From Haliotis rubra (Eukaryota): a stretch of 64,000 nt of DNA. Shown here in pieces: positions 40,377 through 54,480 of the stretch (its first letter is position 1; each line of letters starts with the position of its first letter). The DNA lies in NCBI RefSeq assembly GCF_003918875.1, contig NW_025767123.1:310001-374000 (forward strand), given 5' to 3'. The position numbers were made by a program, and so were the translations under genes. The notes under the pieces were generated by a model that saw only the letters and a program-made list of their open reading frames with translations, was not told the origin of the DNA and searched no databases.

Positions 40377-41215
40377 TGAATGAATGAATGAATGAATGAA
40401 TGAATGAATGAATGAATGAATGTCTTTATTTCCCCCAAACATACTCGAAGATTACACATAATCAAGCATCAGTCAGTTACATATCTCTACATATGATATG
40501 TACAAAGCACGGTTATTTACAACAATGATAGTTCAGAAAGTATACATCAAGGAATCCTTTAAAGAATAGATATAGTTCGAAAAATGTAGTATGATGGTTT
40601 GCCATGCTGTTTCATGAAGGCCAGGGATGTGAAGTATTGCACCACAAAACAGTACAAGGGCATCTTCATCATCAAGCATTTCAATTAATACATATAATTC
40701 TACGTCCAGTAGGTCAAGTAGCGTCATATAAAAGTTTTTTCTTTGGCTTATTACAGATTCACAGTGCAAAATGATGTGGGCATCGTGGTCATAGCAGTAC
40801 TTATTACAAAGCATGCATTTTCTTTGAGAATTTGGCTTTAGAACCGACTAGTACAGCAAGTTGTATATGGTCTCTATATTCTGGGTACAGATACATTAGA
40901 GTGTAACGCCTATGTAGACTCAGTGTTTGATGGATTACAGCATATCTGGACATATCCTCTCTAATGGAGAGTCTCAATTTCCATTGAGCTTCTTCATAAG
41001 AGAAGATACAACTTATAACTATTCTGCGCCAAACTGTCTTTGATGCTACTTTACTATGAATTCTCAAGTTAATTATTAAGTCCACAGAATAAACGTCTCC
41101 GCTGTATTTATAGTAAACAAATCTTGAAGCAAAGGATTCTGAGAAATTACTTTGCTCGTTTGCTGTAAAAGTACATAGAGAGCTGGTCAGAAAGAATTCA
41201 TCCAATGTCAAGCTG
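40377..41215 (-). mobile_element. 3' fragment of a second non-LTR retrotransposon family
   Basis: Minus-strand ORFs 40804-41211 and 40533-40814 with a CCHC-like LCNKYCYDHDAHIILHC, followed by AATAAA and an (ATTC)11 tail; absent from the 11-kb paralog. Confidence 0.75.
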
Positions 41216-42023
41216 TGTATTAGTTACATCGTTTCACTGTAAAACGATGGTATGTATGTGTTACTGCACCTTCACAATTAAGCACAGACTAAAGATTTGT
41301 GACACATCTGCCCTTCTGTCGGATGCCAGTACCAACAGTTGACATTATCACCATCCACGATCAATCAGGAACTTTCTGATAGGTATGTCAGCTCTAAGCC
41401 CGCTATTCAATCTTCAGATCTTCAGCCATGAAAGTTTTTTTGCAAACACAAACTCCCTTCATCGTCATCAAATTGTTACAGTAAGATGGTTGTTAACAGT
41501 GTTCAGCTTATTTCTATGTTTACAGAGTCTTGGTTGTAAGACGATTATTACCATTATAAATATGGTTACCTGGCCGTTTCACAAAGCGATCGTAAGGTGG
41601 TCGTTACTCCAATACCTTAACATAGGCGGAGGGCAGTCTTAGCACTCAAGTTGTTATGCACAACGGCTTACTGGGCTCGAATCGAATATTTTCGGAAAGT
41701 GTTTGAGCATCACCAAAGGTTCATACCTCCTCCCTGGTTACCACAAAGTCGTATGCACTGTGAAATGGATTTTAATTATATTCATAGATGACTTCGTTAG
41801 TGTCGGGATTCAGTCATTTGAAAGGGCTCTAACAATCATTTTCAGGTGGCGTTATTTTAGATAACGAGTGCGATATATTTTGGGGACTGCGACTTCAGGT
41901 ATTCTGTGATAAATGGACTTGGATGCCAACATTCATGATCAATTTGGACATATATTGACGTGTTTCTACACACCTGTAGAGACCTATGCTATCACATTAG
42001 GGCATTTGGGGGATAAAGATTAA

Positions 42024-42900
42024 AGGGCAAGTTTGCACGAAGTTTAACCTTTTTGTCTTGCACTTTTTAATCATAAAAAGTGTTTGCCAGGTTTTATACC
42101 CAAAACAGTACATATATCAGAAGTAACTAATGATTTTTTGCGTTATATATCGATTCCAATTTTCAACATTAACCGAGAGTTATATGTCCATAATAAACAC
42201 ACCATGGCTTATGTCCCTTGAAAATGACGTCATTGGTGCCAGACTGATAAACGAATGACGTTGTTATGAGACCCATTTCACGTGGTGGAAGTGTACAGTG
42301 TAGGTGTGGTTCTTGTGCCTCGGTGCCCAGGCTACTGTTTTAATACAGCTGTTGCCTGGTCGTTAGCTGGCTATGTGGTCAGTTCCACACTGTGATGACG
42401 TTGCAGTTCAAAGGAACGTATATATTGTGTACAAACATTGTTGCAACGTAACCAAATTGTATAACATTCAACCGGTCGGTCGCCTTTCCAACATATCTTC
42501 TTTCAACAAAACTAAAACGTACTGCATCTATTTTCATTAGGGTGAGGTTATGAATGTACATACACACGGTCATTCCTATCTTGATGCTTACATTTTCAGT
42601 TCTAATGCTTCTTTCGTATTTTTACATAGTTTTTGCATCTTTTGCTTTGGGACTAGACAGGAGACCAATCTACAATCAACTGGCACAAATTACGTCATAA
42701 TCAAAGGGCGGTAACTCTGGCCTGTTTAGCTCGGCAAACAGAGGCCTCATAATGGCATAACATTTCAGCACCTACAGTGCGGGATATACTTCATTGTAAG
42801 AAAAATGAGTGTATATTTTCGAACATTGATATTAAGTAATTAAAAAATTCCATTTTGGTTCACATACAAAAAAGTGATTTTTTCGTGTACACTTCTCCCT
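42024..42900. mobile_element. Kolobok-like non-autonomous DNA transposon (877 bp)
   Basis: TTAA TSD (42020-42023 / 42901-42904); imperfect TIRs agggcaagtttgcacgaa / ttcgtgtacacttctccct; empty site near 12640. Confidence 0.85.
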
Positions 42901-45900
42901 TTAAAGCCACTACACAAAGCCCTACGCACCAACCCACTACACGTCACATTGCGACTGGACCACCGGTGTTTGTTTGTTAATTGTTTACCGCCGCACTCAG
43001 CAATATCCCATCTACACAGCGGCGGTCTGGACCAGGCAATCTAGTGATCAAAAGCATGAGCATCGATCTACGTAATTGGGATACGATAACATGTGTCTAC
43101 CAGATCCCGTTAGTCACCTATAACGACAAGCATGGGTTACTGAAGACCAATTCTAACCCGGCTCTTAACGGGTCCGAACCACCGTCCTCCGTGAACAAAA
43201 TTGCTGTTTTGCAAATATCAATCTCTTACAAATGACAGGCTCGATCACATATGACATATTCACCTTGACACTAGATAACTGATTATTCTTTACGGTATTT
43301 ACAAAAGGATACTCGTGGGATTCTATGGCATTCAACTCAAGCTAAATAAAGAAAACAACTGTCAGGAGAACCAAGTCCAAAATAGATTATGCTGGAAAAG
43401 TTAAGCATTTAGTGTTATTAATTACGCCTAACATATACGTTTTCCAAACCTGACTTCGTCGCATTTAAACTTAACTGATAAACGACCATAGTAAGCCAAG
43501 ATTTTTAAGATGTTTCTTACCACACTCCGCAGCAGTCCAGCAATATGACGGTTGCTTGTATACAATCGTGAACGCGACAACCCGGTGAGCCTGACGTACC
43601 GACCCATTACATCACATCTTAAGGCCAGCAAGGTTTCCGAAAGACAAACCTCTATAAATTGGAATCCCAATGTGGTGATTTTAGTCATATGTATTTGCAT
43701 ATGTGCATACATTGCTAACTTTGTTCGTCCGGTATGTCAGGTTTTTCGGTTTAGTGAGGCCCCGACTAACACGTAATCCAGCAATATGACGGCTGCTTGT
43801 ATATAATCGTGAACCAGACAATCCGGTGAGTCTAAACCAAGAGTTTGTTAAAAAGACAAAACTGGACTGGAATCCCAATGGGGCGATTTTGTGAATATGT
43901 ATGTGCATACATTGCTAACTTTGTTTGTCCGGTATATCAGGTTTTCCGGTTAAATGAGGTTCAGACTAATAAGGTTATGCTGTGATTATCGTACATCATA
44001 GCAACATACCCATGATGTTGTGTCAATGATGTCGTGAAGCACACGAACGTGTTCAATATTTTCAAATATTTTTATTGGTTATATTGAAAACAGTGTCTCT
44101 GAGATCTTCGGAGCGTTTCGTGTGCGATCGTGGGTTTTATCTAATCAACTAAATTCCCGATAGACCTGAATGAATATATAGACATGTTATGTTTTATATT
44201 TAATAGTGATTTGTCGAATCTAAGTTCGAATTCAAACTTTGTTCAGATAATTACAATTTTCATGTTGCCATACCAAGACAGCAGTTTGTGTGCGAAAATT
44301 TCATTTACCTCTTCAAAGATCAGATGCTTCGATCTTTACATAAATTTCAACAAATTGCAATATCTCGTCAAGCGTTTCACTCCTTATCGGGATTTCCTTT
44401 TGCCTAATGCAATGATACATGAGGCATCCATTCGAGATAAATCTCATGTTTAGCATGTGTGTATTTGTAAATGTTATAAAAGTGATTTTAACTTACTTGC
44501 TTGTTTTTTTACTCAATTGAACACGACATCCTACATCAGGGATTGTATTACACAGACGTTATCCATAAATTGAAAGGAAAGCGAAAAAGATCTATTTTGC
44601 GATCATTTCTTATTTACATTTCCGTTCAAAAGCTTTCATTTTAACGACAATAAGCGCTTCAGCGGTATAATGAGCAGCAATTCAGTATATGAAGGCTTAG
44701 TCTGGTAGGGCGAATGCTTCAAGATAATCATTTATGATCTGAAACTGGAATCTAAGATCTGCGAATCCTGGTACAACTAAGGCCAGCAACTCAAGACGAG
44801 AATTCACAAATCACTGCGTCATTCATTGACAGTATGGTTAAAAAGTCTTATGTAACTTCCCTTGTACACCCAGCTTCACGCATTATTGACATCACGCATT
44901 CATTGATTTGACTTATACCCATGTGCAGGGGTTTATATCAAGGCAAAGAGAAAGCTTCATTGTATGGTTCACTCTCGTTCTCCATTTTTGACTTTTCTCC
45001 ATATTTTGTCAAGATCAAATAAGAATATTAGGTAAAAAAAAGCATTAATTGTGAGTTTTCCAGTTGGCATTTAACTGTACAATTAGAAGCAGATTCAACA
45101 TAGCCAGGGGTTGACATTAGATTTCACCGAGGTTGCTTTTTGCCCAAGACAAAAAGCTTTCAAATCTCAGAAAGTCACGTCCATGATCACGTGAAAATTC
45201 TTGCAGAAGTTACCAAATGAAAATACTCAATCCCTCAGCACGATGTATTTATTAGAAGTCGAAAGAGTCTTGTGTGGTCGCTTAACTGCAAGAAATCTAT
45301 CCTAACTCTGTATTGAACAGAGGAACACTTACCCCGCGGCCTTGAACGGCTTCCAGTCGCTCATCACTTCAGTTCAGTATCTTAATGCGTGTTAAGCTAG
45401 ATTACCGCTTCTTATACCTTAAGTTTTTCACACCTCTCCTTCTTCCTTTTCCGCTAATTATTTTCCATGCCCGCCAACCTATTTTGTATTTCTTTCAAAT
45501 ATTCAAACAATTATGTGTCAGTTATGAGATTTTTTCTTAAAACCTATGTAAGAAAGGTCTTGGTGGCAATGAACGTAATCTTGCACGGGACCACATTTTA
45601 ATAAATTAGCAATTAAGTATATTTGACTCTTTTCATGCACCTATGGATGCTTATGAATATAGAATAAGGTCATGTCAGGTTCCTGATCAGTCTTTCGTCC
45701 ACAGTACAGAAACGTCAGGCTGTTCTTTTCTGACAAATGTAATGCTCATTTTGTCTGATTATAGAGCTGTCAGCATTAAGTGTGCCAGGATCCGTTGTTT
45801 GAGTCCAATACTTGACTGATTTATGATTCTTGGTATATCAGTAACCAGATGTCAGTAAAATCCCATGACCGGTGCATAATTCACCCGATGTATGTACACG

Positions 45901-46360
45901 AATGAATATGCTTTTTAATTACTAATGTTTAAGTATTAGAAAATTATTTACTGGTATGATATTGTTGTATTACTGATGTATCTTACAGGAAAACGAACGT
46001 TTTAAATTATACAATAATTTAACTAATCCAATGGCAGTGAGTACTCTCTAATATATCCCATCATCTCTCAAAATGTTTTGTCCCTTATTTCAGAAGCAAT
46101 CTTCAAATATTGGTAAATTATAACGGTTCGAGACTGTAATAAAAAGAAGCGTTCCTTACACGATTGGAAGCGAGAAGCCATTAATATAGAAGAGACAATC
46201 GCTATCTAATAGTGTATACAAAATAGTGCCAGTATGACAAAAAGTAAGCTGGAGAATTAGATTTCAATTAAAGAAAATAGAACATACAAAAATGGACATG
46301 AAGCTTCCATTGAATCGAGGACAAACAGAATAGCTAGTGGCCTAGAGACAGGGCGTTGAG

Positions 46361-46501
46361 TGCGTGAGTGAGTGAGTCTAGTTTTACGCTGCTTTTTGCA
46401 ATATTCCAGCAATATCATACATTGTGCCCTTGTGGGGAATCGAACCCGGGTCTTTACCGTGACGAGCGAATGCCTTAACCACTAAGCCATCCCACCGCCC
46501 G
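46361..46501 (-). mobile_element. SINE family 1, internally deleted
   Basis: 11-bp TSD agggcgttgag (46350-46360 / 46502-46512). Confidence 0.9.
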
Positions 46502-46544
46502 AGGGCGTTGAGGGACATGGTAACAGTTTGAAAAGGCAGGAGGA

Positions 46545-46714
46545 CTGACTGACTGACTGAGTTTGGTTTTACGCCGCTTTTAGCAATATTCCAGCAACAT
46601 CACGGCGGGGGACACCAGAAATGGGCTTCACACATTGTACCCATGTGGGGATTCGAACCCGGGACTTCGGCGTGACGAGCCAACGCTTTAACCTCTAGGC
46701 TACCCCACCGCCCC
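46545..46714 (-). mobile_element. Young full-length SINE family 1
   Basis: 13-bp TSD aaaggcaggagga (46532-46544 / 46715-46727). Confidence 0.95.
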
Positions 46715-49089
46715 AAAGGCAGGAGGAAGTTCAATGCCTACTGAACATCTCAGTCGGACATTTGTCATCTGCGTCATTTATCAGAAAATGACAAGAGATG
46801 TCACTTATTTGATTTCTGCTTTCTCAGTTGCATCTTCACGAAGTGTCATGTAAATGTAAAAACACCGATTAGTTCCATTTTAGATTTGATGCTAACTTTG
46901 TCATCAGATATATGCACACGTAGAGAGACGCGGAGTGTCGATAAGAACTAATATTTAACGCTTTATTGCATTTTTGGATGTAACTTTTGATTTAATCTCA
47001 ATTCACCGAGCTCAGCTATACTTCCGTTATGTACTGAATTCAGAATTTTTAACAAAAGGGTTGCAAATAATGTTATCATGTTTCACACACACACGCACCC
47101 ACGCACACAAAAATATGCACACACTAGCGCTCTCGTGTGTATTTATCTGCCTGCCTGACAACAATATCATTTCTGAAAGAACTATGATATATATATTATC
47201 ATATATATCGATCTGTGATTGTTATCACAAGATCGCCCTTGTTTTTCGGCGTGCCTTAAGCTTGAGATAAGTCAAATAATTCTAACACCGGTAAACGTCA
47301 TTTTTGCCTATTCTGTGCTAATTTGTCTACAGTTGTTTGAATGTGCTTCCATAACATAAGACTGCAGCTGATGGCAACAAAATGTACAGCTTTGTGCAAG
47401 CTCTGGCAATGGTCTTTGAAACAAATCGACTTTCGTGGGATTCCTGGTTGTTGCTTATGAAAACAAAGGTAAACATTTTCATTATAATGATTAAGCGTTC
47501 ACACACACTATTGTAAAAGAATACTAGTCTTACACAATAGCATTTGATTAAGACATTGGTCTGTCAACGCTACGAAACGTATGATGGTTTTGCTTTCAGC
47601 ACAGTTGGTACATCCTTTGTGAGGCGAGATGAGCGATGACAATCATATAAATGAAGTCGTGTACATTCTTGTAGATTTAGCATCATGTGAGTGAGCTCAC
47701 TTCGTACACCAACTGCCCAAAGCATTGGGCCAGATTTTAAAGCAGGAACGCAATAGCTGGAGTTTCAACAGATTGATTTCTTGTAAGCGCATAACTATAT
47801 TAGTACCAAACTAGTTCCAACGCATTACCCATGGAAGATAATACACGGATCTGGCCACGCTTGGCACACACATACGTCTTTGTCCACTCCATCACTGTTT
47901 ACACTGGGGCAGTGATGTTGGCAATTACAGCCAGCTTACCCCTATCAGGAACAGAATTTCCCCTAGTGTCTATAACAGGAAATTATTGCCTTGGGGTCTA
48001 ATTAATGACCAGGTCTTTCCAGTAAAGGACACATTCAAGTACATTGTCTTGTGTGGTGAGGCATTGACCATGAAATTGCTCTCAAGGAAGATATCCTAAT
48101 AAGATATCTTGTCTCTGCAATGAACCAATTATCGAATGCTGCAATGTTCACACATTTCTTTCATAAACATATTTATTGCTCCCTATCAACCTCAATCAAT
48201 ACGTAGAGAAACAATACATTAATCTCATGGTGAATTTGGGATCGCCATGACATTATGAAGAAGTATCGTCTTGCACAAAAGATGCATCATCATTCAGAGA
48301 ATATATTCTGCTGAAACAGTTGCAGCGAGGCTGAACGATATCATATGAGAAATCACAACAACGCTATGTATGTGGTAATACAATTACAATTCAGTCAACC
48401 TAAAGCAAACAAGACATGGATCAGTTGACATCCCGAACATCACAGAGTTACAAGCCTTACAAATTACTTTTAAATGTATAGATTTATCAATCTCAACTAC
48501 ACACATCTTATAAAAATCATTGCTATCTTGATTGGATGGTAACAGTACCAGATATGGAAGACCGACAGTTACCACAGCCGCAAGATGAACGCAAGACGAT
48601 CACCTGCGAATTTCCCATCTGTACAACTGTTTGCTGATCATGACAGTGACATAATAAGCATCAACAGCATTGGGTCATCTCATCAGTTTATATGTGAGTG
48701 ACCTCGTCATCGTGAATGTAAATCTATTTCGTGTTAACATGTAGACCTTACATCGTTTGGCCTTATTATTCCCCATTGCAGAAACAACAGTGATACAGTA
48801 TAAAACATATTTTCTAAACCCCCAACTCACAAAAGCAAACATCTTGTCACATCCTATCTGATTTGTCACTATGTACATTGTTAAAAAATTTAAGTTCACA
48901 ACTCCAAATTAAATCAGTGAAATTAATATACACATATGTTCAAATGTTGCAGCTACCTTGGAATTATTCATCTATAAAATCAATGAAACCATCCTCGCTT
49001 ACAAAACTGACGTGCTTAAGCTAAATCTGGTATATAATTTCAACGCCACAACCCCATGATGCTATTCCCATGTATATCATGAAAATGGA

Positions 49090-49846
49090 GATCGAGCTCC
49101 TGTCACCTAAATGTGTGTCAATCCCTCTCCTCACACCTGGTTAAGCAAGAAGACTTATACTGACAGTGCAACCTCTCCTGTTTAATTTAGCCTCCAGCTA
49201 CACTCACCGACTCCATCTCTAACTGGCTTCAACAGTCCACTTCATGACGAAAGTGAGGACAATATTTGATGATTAACTCACTCAAACTGAATCTCGAAAA
49301 TACTTTTGGACACATAAGTACATAAGTGTGGGTATTCATCTGAAAGCCCAGGAGGAGTGTTTCATCTTAGGATGTCATTTTCCAATTAAGATGCTGAACG
49401 TTTTTGTTCATTTACATCCCTTTACAGCCAGTCATAAAGGTATTGTGGCAAACAAACCATAAATGTCACTTGTAGAAGATACGGTGGACACGCATAATAC
49501 TAAGAATTATTTCATGAGAAATGGTACATTCTATGAAATCACGATGGTTAACTTCCCCAATACAAAACCTATCAAGTAATATAAGTCACGAAACTATTCA
49601 AATTATTTTGTGGTAATAGCGTTCCATGGATATTCGTTCAGAAATGTATGAGTTATCAAGTATCATTATTTGTTCGTGTGAGAAATTAGACGGACAAGTG
49701 CTCAATATGACAGAGACTGATTTATTTTCTGCCTACAGAAATGAAAACTATCGACCTCAATGTATAACTAAGACAACCAGGACAGCATGGTCATTCATCT
49801 TAATGAACAACACAAGAGGGGCAGAAGTGATGGGTTATATTGGATG
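49090..49846 (+). pseudogene. Decayed long exon: module A plus CTLD N-half
   Basis: ORF 49626-49850 ends GYIG at donor GTAAGC (49847). Confidence 0.5.
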
Positions 49847-50189
49847 GTAAGCTCAAGGTTGTACTCATAAAACAAACAAAAACCATATCTGGAGATGGAT
49901 GTAAATTCTCAACTTTATAGACCTACATTAACGTACCATTTGGAATGTGCACGTTCATCTCTTCATGAGATCATCGGGCATTGTTTGCCATCATCCTTTG
50001 AAATGGCAGTAGTTTTAATCCGTTTGATGCATGCCTCCCATGTTGTCCTACATATAGATCTATTTTGAACTAAACTCTTGCTTGACTATGGTATAAACAT
50101 CTATACCGAAACATCCCGTCATAATATTTATAAATAAAGAAGTTGTTGTCCACAAACTATCATACCTTTCTTATTATGCATTAAGTAAA

Positions 50190-50940
50190 AAGGTAGAAAT
50201 ATACTGTGGTGTTAAACGGGTCTGACGATACAACCAAGCAACAAGCTGAATAACAATTATTCAATCAGCGTCTGAGAACTGAGTTTGCTTTCAGTCTCAT
50301 AACCAACGCAGAGAGTTAGGGAGAGAAAACATCGTATGAAAGTTGCCCACACTCATTTACAACCTACTTATTAGGATGGTACTCATGTAATACTACTGCT
50401 ACTCGTCTACTTTCAAGCTCTAAATACAAATTTGAGACGCACCTGCCCTTCTGTCAAATGTCTGTAGCAACAGTCGACATTAGCACCATAAACGATCAAT
50501 CAAGAACTATCTGACAGATATGCCAGCTCGCTAACCCCTGGTCCATCTCCTTAGTGCGTTCGTGCGTAAACGATGGCCAGTAAGGTCAGACAGGAGGGTC
50601 ATTTGCAACCACACACTCCATTCATCGTCATCAAATGGTTACAATAAGATGGTTGTTGACAGTGTTTCAGCTAATTTCACTGTTCGGAGCTCGATTCACT
50701 CAACTGCAGATGACTGTTAGTTCTCCAGATTAGCGAAACACGATCGATGAACGTTCCCCGCTGAGCAGGATGTGTACATGCGGGAGTGGGAAGTGATGGA
50801 GTATAGTAGTCTTATACGTTCAAATTAGAATGTTGTGCAGACTGGACGATTCACTGTTTCTGGAAGAACGCTGGTAATTGTATCACTACCGGGAGCATAT
50901 TGTAAAGGACAAGCTGGGTTCGAATCCAGACTTGAGATGA
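50190..50940 (+). pseudogene. Decayed exon, module D (CTLD C-half plus CUB-like)
   Basis: ETHLPFCQ (KCRLETHLPFCQ in the 21.85-kb copy), then ~130 codons with 3 stops ending GRFTVSGRTLVIV...GFESRL. Confidence 0.5.
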
Positions 50941-51068
50941 ATCCCGAACGTGAAATTCACCATGAAATTAATGTATTGTTACTCCACGTATTGATTGGGA
51001 CTGATATGGAACAATAAAATGAAAAAGCTGTGTGAAAATTGCAGCTTTCGATAATTTGTTCATTGCAG

Positions 51069-51542
51069 TGACAAGATATCTTATAATGATATCTTCCTTG
51101 AAAGCATTATCATGGTCAGTGACTCACAATACAAAACAATGGACTTGAACGCGTCCTTTACTGGAAATATGGTCATTAATTAGACCCCAAGACGATAATT
51201 TCCTGTTATAGACACTGGGGGGAAATTCTGTTCCTGATAGGGGTAAGCTGGCTGTAATTGCCAAATCACTGCCCTAGTGTAAACAGTGATGGAGTGGACA
51301 AAGACGTATGTGTGTGTCAAGCGTGGCCAGATCCGTGTATTATCTTCCATGGTTAATGTGTTGGTACTAATTTGGTACTAATATAGTTATGCGCTTACAA
51401 GGAATCAATCTGTTGAAACTCCAGCTATTGCATTCCTGATATAAACCAATCTGACCCAATGCTTGGGGCAGTTAGCGTACGAAGTCAGCTCACTAACATG
51501 ATGCTAAAGTTACAAGAATGTGCACGAATGTACATACATAAG
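51069..51542 (+). pseudogene. Decayed exon, module E, with both splice sites
   Basis: Acceptor ttgttcattgcag and donor ataag|gtaaat; frameshifted. Confidence 0.5.
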
Positions 51543-53933
51543 GTAAATAGAACCTTTCGTTTGTGCTGGACTCAAAACCGTCATACGTTGACAAACGAAT
51601 GTCTTAATCAAATGCTACTGCGTAAGACTGTAATATTCTTTTTACAGTGTTATATTTGAACACATTATTCTAATGAATATGTACACATTCGTTTCCAAAA
51701 GCACGAAACGAGAACCCAAGACAAATCTATTTGTTTTAAAGACCTTTGCCAGAGATTGCACAAAGCTGTACATTTCTTTACCGTCAGCTGCAGTTCATAT
51801 ATATGTTATTGAGGGACATTAAAGCAACTGTAGGAAAATAGTACAGGAAGGGCAAAAGTGAAGCTGACCTGTATTAAGAAATATTTGACTTACCTCAAGG
51901 CACGCGTGTAACAATGTTAGGGCGATTTTGTGATGAGTGCCGCGAACGTGTGTGTGTATGTGTCCGAAAATGATAAAATGATTGGCAACCCTTTTGTTGA
52001 AAATTCTGAATTAGGTCTGAATGTACTGTACGTGTTCTGTACATTTCGGAAGTATAGTTTAGATCGGGGAATTGGGGTTAAATCGAATATTTATATCCCA
52101 AAATGCAATAATGAAATATGACTTCTTTGACACTTCTCATGTTTCTATGTGTGAATATATCTGATGATAAAGTTCGTTAAATTTGAAATGAAACTAATCG
52201 GTGCTTTTACATTTACATGACGCCTTCATGAAGAATGGACCTGAGAAAACAGTTATCAAACTGACCTGTTGATATCGCTGGACTGACATACATATAAGTG
52301 ACATATCATGTCGTTTTCTGATGAATAACGTATATGACGGATGTCCGTCTGAGATGTCCAATAGTCACTGATCTTCTTCCTGTCTCACCCACTATTACCA
52401 TGCCCCTCAACGCCCTGCCTCCACGCGACAAGCTATTTAATATGTCTGAGATTCAACGGAAGCCTCATGCCCTTTTTGTATGTTCTATTTCTTTAATTGA
52501 AATCTAAATCTGCAGCTTACTTTTTGTCCTACTGGCACTATTTTCTTGACACTATTAGATACCGATTGTCTCTCCTGTTTGTGGCTTCTCACTTTCACTC
52601 GTGTAAAGAACGCTTCTTTGTTAATAAGTCTCGAAAGGTTATGTTTTACAAACCTCTGAAGATGGCTTGTTTAATAAGGGACAAAACATTGTGAGCGATG
52701 ATGAGTAATTTAAGATAGTACTTACTGCCAATATTTTTTAATTATTGTATATTGTTAAAAGTGAATTATGCACCAATCATTGGGTTTTACTGACATCTGC
52801 AGTGTGGGTATATGACCGATATACCAAGAATCTTAAGTGAGTCGAGCAAGGGACTCAAACAGTGAATATTGGCATACGTAATGCTTAAAGCTCTATAATC
52901 AGACAGAATGAGCATTACGTATGTCATAAAAGAACAGCCTAACTTTTCTGTACTGTGGACAAAAGACTGAACAGGAACCTGACATGACCTTAAACTATAT
53001 GCATAAGCATCCATAGGTGTACGAAAAGAGTCAAACATACTTACTTGCTAATTTATTAAGATGTGGTCCCGTGCAAGATTACCTTCATCACCACCAAGAC
53101 CTTTCTTGCATAGGTTTTTTAAAAAATCTCATAACTGAGATTTAATTGTTAAATATTTGAAAGAAATCCGAAATAGGTTGGCAGGCATTGAAAATAATTA
53201 GCGGAAAAGGAAGAAGGAGAGGTGTGAAAAACTTAAGGTATAAGAAGCGGTAATCTAGCTTAACACGCATTAAGATACTGAACTGAAGTGATGAGCGACT
53301 GGAAGCCGTTCAAGGCCGCGGGGTAAGTGTTCCTCTGATCAATGCAGAGTTAGGACGGATTTCTTGCAGTTAAGCGACCTCACAAGACTGTCGACTTCTA
53401 ATAAATACATCGTGCTGAAGGATTGAGTATTTTTCATTTGATAACTTCTGAAAGAATTCTCACGTGATCATGGACGTGACTTTCTGAGATTTAAAAGGTT
53501 TTAGTCTTGGGTCTCTGTGGAAGATGCCAGGAACCTTGGTGAAATCTAATGTCAAGCCCTGGCTATGTTGAATCTGCTTCTTCTAATTGTAACCGCCCAT
53601 CAGTTTATTCGAATGACGCCCTCAGCTTTCATTAAATTGGCTATAGCAGGAGGGAATTAGAAAAATGAATACGTGTTCATCGAAACCACGGGTTACTTTG
53701 CACAATGGGTCGCTTATTTGTACCCTTAAATGCAAACTGGTTAAAATAAAACACAAAAAATGCTTTTTACCTAATATTCTTATTTGATCTAGATATACTG
53801 AGGAAAGACAAAATTGGAGAACCAGAGTGATCCATACAATGAAACCTTTTCTTTGCCTTGATATGCACACGGGTATGAACGAAAATTTGATGTCAATAAT
53901 GCGTGAGGCTGGGTGTACAAGGAATGTTACATA

Positions 53934-54480
53934 CACTCTTCAAACAAAGAAACGTATAAGCAAAAAATAAGGAAATTAATTCAACGTATTTAAGTGTACA
54001 TAGTTCGATTAAACATGAACATAGATGAAGGAAATCGACACGGATGAACATAAAAAAATGTATTGTTGTCATTGTCAGCATTAATTTAGTTCACTTACTG
54101 CACATGTGTGGACACAAGGGGTTTCCGGTCAGTACTTGGTGGCACAACCCCTTGCAGCCGTCACTGCTCGACACCACCTTGGAAGGGTTTGCACAAGTCG
54201 TCGGATTTTTTATTTGGGTATTCTTCGCCATTCCTCCTGCAACGCGTTGGCAAGTTCTGCAAGTATCTGAGGACGATGGTGGCGTTTACGGACGCGTCGA
54301 TCAAGTTCGTCCCATACATGTAGATGCTCGATCGGGTTCAGATCAGGCGATTTGGATGGCCAGGGAAGGGCACTGACGTTTACATTGGCGAGATAGGCAC
54401 CTGTTACACGAGCTGTGTGGAGTCGAGCGATGTCGTGTTGAAACAGCTCCCTCTGGCGGTAAAAATGTGGGAGGAGGTGA
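53934..54480 (-). mobile_element. Tc1/mariner (DD34E) transposase C-terminal fragment with one TIR
   Basis: Minus strand reads FQHD-x34-E with [14 protein letters not shown] and LVQTLPRWCRAVTAARGCATKY* (stop 54129-54131); terminus TA|CACTCTTCAAA. Not in the ORF track. Confidence 0.92.

Larger units (their letters stand above)
44650..50940 (-). repeat. Large inverted segmental duplication of ~26240-31850
   Basis: Reverse-complement colinearity of modules F, E, A/CTLD and D; ORF 49626(+) equals ORF 22230(-). Confidence 0.85.

Noticed and set aside
54044-54376. 110-aa plus-strand ORF as a membrane protein
   Set aside because: It is antisense to the Tc1 transposase fragment.
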